64,000 nucleotides of DNA. Source: Candidatus Aenigmatarchaeota archaeon (GTDB lineage Archaea > Aenigmatarchaeota > Aenigmatarchaeia > QMZP01 > QMZT01). Below the pieces are notes generated by a model, which saw only the letters and a program-made list of their open reading frames with translations, searched no databases and was not told where the DNA came from. This document shows positions 59,380 through 64,000 of the stretch, in pieces (the stretch's first letter is position 1; the number at the start of each line of letters is the position of its first letter). The translations under genes were made by a program, and so were the position numbers. Location of the stretch: assembly GCA_963726265.1 (NCBI GenBank), contig CAVSBQ010000002.1, forward strand, positions 416,001 through 480,000. The letters are read 5' to 3'.

Positions 59380-59607
59380 ATGCAGCAAAGACCGTTGGAC
59401 GTTCTGGGAAACGCGGAACACAAGAGGCTGATAATCCAGGTAAAGAACAGGGACAAGATAATCGGAACGCTGAAAGCGTTTGATTCGCACCTCAACATAT
59501 GGCTTGACGATGCGGAAGTCCAGAGCGCGGACGGAGAGACTTCCGTGAAGCTCGGAACCGTCCTCGTCCGTGGAGACAACATAGTGCTTGTTTCTCCTAG
59601 CAAATAG
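59380..59607 (+). CDS. Sm-like archaeal protein (SmAP/Lsm)
   Basis: RPLDVL, GTLKAFDSHLN, VRGDNI; upstream of rpl37e. Confidence 0.95.
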   Translation: MQQRPLDVLGNAEHKRLIIQVKNRDKIIGTLKAFDSHLNIWLDDAEVQSADGETSVKLGTVLVRGDNIVLVSPSK

Positions 59608-59646
59608 GAGTTAAGCTTTTAAATAATTGACCCGAAGGATGATACT

Positions 59647-59835
59647 ATGACAAAGGGAACGCCCAGCATGGGCAAGAGGAACCAGAAGACGCATGTTCTT
59701 TGCAGACGATGCGGCCGCCATTCTTACCACGCGTCGAAAGGCGTGTGCTCAGCCTGCGGCTTCGGCGCCAGCAGCAAGATTAAGAAATTCAAGTGGCAGT
59801 GGAAATCCGTTGAGCGCGACGGCAGGATGAAGTAA
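59647..59835 (+). CDS. rpl37e: 50S ribosomal protein eL37
   Basis: [20 protein letters not shown]. Confidence 0.97.
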   Translation: MTKGTPSMGKRNQKTHVLCRRCGRHSYHASKGVCSACGFGASSKIKKFKWQWKSVERDGRMK

Positions 59836-59883
59836 CACCGCCTAACCCATATAAATATACCATTACTTATATGTTATTACGAT

Positions 59884-60034
59884 GGGCCCGTAGCTCAACT
59901 GGCAGAGCACCAGACTCTTAGATGTTATGAGGCGCTTGCGCCCGTGACTGCGTGATATCTGGGGGTCGCGGGTTCGAGTAAGCTCTTTTCAGGAAAGTTC
60001 TTGAAAGAAGTTTTCGAAACCCCCGCCGGGCTCA
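59884..60034 (+). tRNA. tRNA-Lys(CTT) with two introns (59921-59956 at 37/38; ~59979-60020 in the T-loop)
   Basis: GGGCCCGTAGCTCAACTGGCAGAGCACCAGACTCTTA|ATCTGGGGGTCGCGGGTTCGAG|CCCCGCCGGGCTCA. Confidence 0.88.
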
Positions 60035-60086
60035 TTAAATCTTTTTAGAAAAGGGCTTTACCAAAAAAACGAACATACGCCGTGTT

Positions 60087-60740
60087 TTACACGTCTTCGT
60101 CGACAGAAGTGAGGATGCTCTTTATTGCCTTGTCCGCGGCCTTAAGGACGGGCTCGCCGTGGCCGGGGAGTATTTTATCCAGCTTGAGCGATGCCAGCTT
60201 TTCGAGCGATGCCGCCAGGGCGTCTTCGCTGCCGCCAGGCAGGTCCGTCCTTCCGACGCCGTCCGCGAATACCGTGTCGCCGGATATCAGGATCTTGTCC
60301 TTCGAGTCGAGCAGGCATATGGAGCCCTGCGTGTGGCCCGGGGTGTGAAGCACCTTGAAGCCGAACACCTGGTCGCCGTCCTTCAGCTTCACCGCGACCT
60401 TCACTGGTTTTATGCGGCCGCTGAAATAGGCGGAGTTGCTCATGCCGGCGTCGCCTTTCTCGAGCACGCCTGCGTCCTTCTCGTGTATGTGTATCTTCGC
60501 GTTCTTGAAGAAGCCGTTCCCTCCTATGTGATCCCAGTGCATGTGCGTGTTGATTATGTTCTTTATGTTTTCGAAATCGAGCTTCAGGACCTTGAACACG
60601 TCGTAGAGCCTGACGAAGTTCGAGCCGGTCCCGGAATCGATAAGCGTGTCGTTGCCTATGAGGTATATGTTGGAATCCAGATCGGAAAGGTGTATCAGCC
60701 TTATCCTGTCGTTTATCCTGGTTAGAATCCCCATCCCCAT
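60087..60740 (-). CDS. MBL-fold metallo-hydrolase
   Basis: THMHWDHIGG, TPGHT, SGD, PGHG. Confidence 0.94.
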   Translation of the reverse strand: MGMGILTRINDRIRLIHLSDLDSNIYLIGNDTLIDSGTGSNFVRLYDVFKVLKLDFENIKNIINTHMHWDHIGGNGFFKNAKIHIHEKDAGVLEKGDAGMSNSAYFSGRIKPVKVAVKLKDGDQVFGFKVLHTPGHTQGSICLLDSKDKILISGDTVFADGVGRTDLPGGSEDALAASLEKLASLKLDKILPGHGEPVLKAADKAIKSILTSVDEDV

Positions 60741-60852
60741 AATAATAATTTTTCAGCGAACAAATTTAAAGGGATAGCCAAAAGCGAAGAAAGGATAAAA
60801 GCTGATGCTGTTCCACAAAGGCGAAGATCCGCGCATAAGCCTGCGCCTGAAA

Positions 60853-61017
60853 TCAGACCAAAAACATGAACTTGAGCGCGATTTCTATTATGATTATCGC
60901 GGCCGCTATGCCGACGATGTGCTGCGGCTTGAGCTTTATCGCTTCCTCGGACTCTTCAAAATAGCGCACGAGGCCCGCAGTCGATTGCGGCATCAGGTTT
61001 CTGTCTTTCTTGCTCAT
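60853..61017 (-). CDS. secG: Preprotein translocase subunit Sec61beta (not in ORF track)
   Basis: QSTAGLVRYFEE...IKLKPQH followed by a C-terminal TM. Confidence 0.9.
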   Translation of the reverse strand: MSKKDRNLMPQSTAGLVRYFEESEEAIKLKPQHIVGIAAAIIIIEIALKFMFLV

Positions 61018-61051
61018 AATATCACATTATACTGGCCGGGTTTTTAAATAC

Positions 61052-62308
61052 CTAATACTTCATCTTCTGCTGGTATTCGACCTTGACCTGGTATTCGTTT
61101 TTCGCGTCATACTCGTCGCGCAGGCCGGCTGAAACATTGATTTCGTATCTCTCCTCTTCCATCGCCTCATCATCGGGGCTATCGATTTTCAGCACGGCCT
61201 CGAACATGTCGTATGGCTCGCCTATGTCGGATTGCGTAAGCGACGAAGTCTGGAAGCGCCAGATCTCCTTGCCCGTTTCCGCGTTAAGGCAATAAACGTG
61301 GCAGTCCATCGAGCCGAAATAGACCTTACCTTTGCTGAAAAACGGACAGGTATAAATCCCTCCGGATGTGCGGAATCTCCAGGTTTCCTTGCCTGCCAGG
61401 GTCAAACAATAAAAGTTTCCATCTTCATTGCCGAAATATAATTTTTGCATGTGGATTGCAGGCTGCATGACTATGCTGCCTGTTTCAAAACGCCATATTT
61501 CCTTGCCTGTTTCTGCATCCAGGCAGTAAGCTATGCCGTCACGGCAGCCCGTATATATTCTGTTTTCATGAAAAATGGGCGAACAGGTAATCCCATATTT
61601 ACCAGTCCTGAATCTCCATACTTCATGGCCTGTTTCTGTATCTATCGCATAGACGTTGTTGTCAAATGAGGCTACGTATATTTTGCCGTTGCTTATGTGA
61701 TATGGATTATCGCTAAGAATCTCATCGCTCGTCCTGAAGCGCCAGATAACTTTTGTGCTGTGCTTATCGATACAATACACGTAATTATCATAGGAGCCAA
61801 AAAATAGTTTATTGCCGAGGATAGTTACCGGTGTGCACACTGTGCCGCCGGTCTTGAAGCGCCAGATCTCCTTGCCGTTAAAAAGGTCGACCGCATAGAC
61901 GTAACCGTCTTTGGAACCGAAATAAATTATATCGTTATCAATACCTCCATGCGCTCCAAGCTTGTCGCCTGTTCTGAATATCCAGGCTATCTTACCTGTC
62001 TTCTTGTCAAGAGTGTATAAATTGTAGTCATGTGTTCCCATTATTACAAGCTTCTTCCAGAAAACAGGATTGTAAAAGGGTATCAGTCCGCCGAGTTTTG
62101 TTCTCCATATTTCCTTGCTTGTTTCTGGGTTGATTGCATAAATGTTTTGGTCCATAGAACCGAAGTAAAGGATGCCGTCATTTATTTTCGGAGAAGAAGC
62201 GACAGAGCCTCCGAAAGTTGCCTCCCAGCCGCGAATGAACGTCTTCGTCTTCCTGACCTCAAAGTCGGCCATCTCTATGAGAAAGTCGTCAAACTTCAAG
62301 TCGGTCAT
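61052..62308 (-). CDS. PQQ-binding-like beta-propeller repeat protein (paralog of 16477-17754)
   Basis: Same WRFxT repeats and C-terminal tail. Confidence 0.92.
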   Translation of the reverse strand: MTDLKFDDFLIEMADFEVRKTKTFIRGWEATFGGSVASSPKINDGILYFGSMDQNIYAINPETSKEIWRTKLGGLIPFYNPVFWKKLVIMGTHDYNLYTLDKKTGKIAWIFRTGDKLGAHGGIDNDIIYFGSKDGYVYAVDLFNGKEIWRFKTGGTVCTPVTILGNKLFFGSYDNYVYCIDKHSTKVIWRFRTSDEILSDNPYHISNGKIYVASFDNNVYAIDTETGHEVWRFRTGKYGITCSPIFHENRIYTGCRDGIAYCLDAETGKEIWRFETGSIVMQPAIHMQKLYFGNEDGNFYCLTLAGKETWRFRTSGGIYTCPFFSKGKVYFGSMDCHVYCLNAETGKEIWRFQTSSLTQSDIGEPYDMFEAVLKIDSPDDEAMEEERYEINVSAGLRDEYDAKNEYQVKVEYQQKMKY

Positions 62309-62338
62309 AGTAAAGATTTGAAAATAAGATTAAAAATG

Positions 62339-62674
62339 TGTTGTGCCGGGCATAGCCCATTTTCTGTCATCTCACGAGGTTTGATCCTCGAATGAGGCGA
62401 TAGCATTTTTCTAAGTCGTGTCCAAGCAGACCGGCATGCGAAACGCATGCCTTTCGCTTTTTCACTTTCATCCGTGCGGCGCGAACTATTTCACCCTTGC
62501 GCTCCTTCCACGCTTTTCCTTGCGGAAGCATCGCTCCGAAGCGAAGGTCATTTTCTGCGTTTGCGCGCGTTCTCTCGAACGCCGTCTTGCGACAGCACAC
62601 ACGCCATTTATTGGCTGGATGTATGGAACTTGCCTCCCTGCTTGCGCAAGGCGAGCTATCCACCCGGCTCAACA
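62339..62674 (-). ncRNA. rnpB: RNase P RNA
   Basis: P1 GTTGAGCCGGG/CCCGGCACAAC; CR-I GAGGCAAGTTCCAT pairs with CR-V ACAGAAAATGGGCTA; GNRA/UUCG hairpins; TTTAAA box upstream. Confidence 0.9.
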
Positions 62675-62727
62675 AGATTTCTTGCGTTTTGGGGTTTAAA
62701 AAGATTAAAATCGCCTTTCGCCGGCCC

Positions 62728-63627
62728 TCACAACAGCTGCGTGAGCAGGATGCCGGCTATTATGAGAACGATGCCCGCGATCTTCTGCAGCGACGCTTTC
62801 GTATCGAAATCCTCTTTCAGCAGATGCGGGAAATAACGCGTAAGCAAAAAAGCGGAAATGAATATGAATATGACCATCATGTTTCCGGCCGCCTCAACGA
62901 GCGTGACCGGCCCGAGGCTTATGGCAATATAGTTGAATATGAACGCGAGAACTGATGTTATTGCATCCAGAAAGATTAGCATTTTGCCTGTCCGATCGAG
63001 CTTTTTCATGCAAGTTTTCGCATTCTTCCTCACGTCGCGCAGTAAGAGCAAAGATGATATTATCGCTATATTAAGCAGCCATAACAGAATGGAGGCTCCC
63101 CAGTATTCCGTGCCGGACAGAACGAATTTCATTATGACATAGGAAACAGCAATCAAAAAACTTGATGCCGCCACCAGCCAGAAAATCCGTTCGACCTTGA
63201 GCAGCTTTGACATGCTCTTTGATGATATTACCAGCCCGCCCAAGACAATGACCACGAATCCTACGTAGTCAAAAAAACCAAGGACTTCTCCTATGAACAA
63301 AAACGAGATGAAAAGCACGAAAACGGGAATGAACTGGTAAAGAGGCAGGACTCTCGATGCTTCGCCTGCCTGCAAGGCCCTGTAAAAAAGTATTGTGCCC
63401 GCGGTGGAAAACAGCCCGGCCACGAATATCCAGCCTGCAAACTGCGGGCCAGGCATGGAAAATCCCATGAAAAGCGCGATAAAGCATATCGGTATTATGG
63501 ACGTTGCTCTCACAAAAATGGGCAGGACGATAGGCTTGTTCACTTTTTTGTCCACCAGGAACTTGTCCAGCATGTCCGTCGCTGTGTAAGCCAGCGCCGC
63601 CAGAACCACGAAATAAATCCAGTCCAT
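62728..63627 (-). CDS. EamA/DMT family transporter
   Basis: About 10 TMs, internal duplication, ALQAGEASRVLP. Confidence 0.9.
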   Translation of the reverse strand: MDWIYFVVLAALAYTATDMLDKFLVDKKVNKPIVLPIFVRATSIIPICFIALFMGFSMPGPQFAGWIFVAGLFSTAGTILFYRALQAGEASRVLPLYQFIPVFVLFISFLFIGEVLGFFDYVGFVVIVLGGLVISSKSMSKLLKVERIFWLVAASSFLIAVSYVIMKFVLSGTEYWGASILLWLLNIAIISSLLLLRDVRKNAKTCMKKLDRTGKMLIFLDAITSVLAFIFNYIAISLGPVTLVEAAGNMMVIFIFISAFLLTRYFPHLLKEDFDTKASLQKIAGIVLIIAGILLTQLL

Positions 63628-63663
63628 CTATATAATTTCTGATAATTCGTTTAAAACCAGAAT

Positions 63664-63760
63664 GAGGCATCCAAGGCATTTTGATCAGGGCAGCTAAATT
63701 ACAACCCTGAATCACGGGGGCTGATCAGCACACCCTTCTGACCAAGCCTTGGACTCGATT
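63664..63760 (-). ncRNA. Candidate structured small RNA
   Basis: GC-rich island in AT-rich spacer; TCCAAGGC/GCCTTGGA closing stem; own TTTAAAAA box upstream. Confidence 0.4.
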
Positions 63761-63939
63761 GCTAACTAATTAATAATTTGTCTGGGAGTTTTTTAAACAT
63801 TTCCGTTTGTGAAAATAGATTTTTGGAAATATACAAATCAAAGTATTCTTTTTTGTCTTTATTTTTGTCAATTAGAGCTTCCGCTGATAGCGGTTCAAAT
63901 GAAAAAAATAGAAATTAGGCGAGTTGTCCTTTTGACAAG

Positions 63940-64000
63940 GATCTGTCAGGGTATTGGTTAACGTGGGCTGAATGCCTCGCCGAAGCTTGGCACTTACACC
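63940..64000 (-). rRNA. rrl: 3' end of 23S rRNA (partial; end approximate)
   Basis: GGTGTAAGTGCCAAGCTTCGGCGAGGCATTCAGCCCAC resembles the archaeal 23S terminal helices. Confidence 0.8.

Noticed and set aside
62367..62955. ORFs overlapping 62339-62674
   Set aside because: Explained by RNase P RNA and the antisense of EamA
63664..63760. 5S rRNA or SRP RNA
   Set aside because: Lacks recognisable 5S or SRP conserved motifs

Overview
Archaeal chromosome segment. TATA/BRE promoters, GGTGA/GGAG ribosome-binding sites, PCNA, aEF-2, eL/eS ribosomal proteins and an S-layer gene are seen; a DPANN (Aenigmarchaeota-like) origin is inferred from the divergent proteins, rearranged operons and intron-rich tRNAs. 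Mostly core genes: a large ribosomal protein cluster (uL4 to uS8 joined directly to eL30-nusA-uS12-uS7-EF2), smaller r-protein clusters, metG, ychF, dph5, cbf5, truD, ahcY, MTAP, pckA, an S-layer/glycosylation locus, an LrpA-adjacent oxidative-stress cluster, RNase P RNA and the 3' end of 23S rRNA. All four tRNA genes (iMet, Thr, Pro, Lys) carry introns, three at non-canonical positions. The top observation is an AT-rich double-motif LAGLIDADG endonuclease gene inserted in the initiator tRNA-Met locus: it lies between a promoter-proximal copy of the tRNA 5' end and a complete tRNA whose 7/8 junction is interrupted by a 22-nt BHB intron that contains the nuclease stop codon. Other accessory features are a duplicated ~190-bp cassette encoding a bS22/COX24-like basic micro-protein next to tRNA-Thr, a Get3 + EMC6-like gene pair, a low-GC Cys-rich/hemopexin-like repeat island, two PQQ-type propeller paralogs with a Tyr-repeat tail, and a candidate ncRNA downstream of 23S. 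All calls were made by eye from motifs; no database searches were run.
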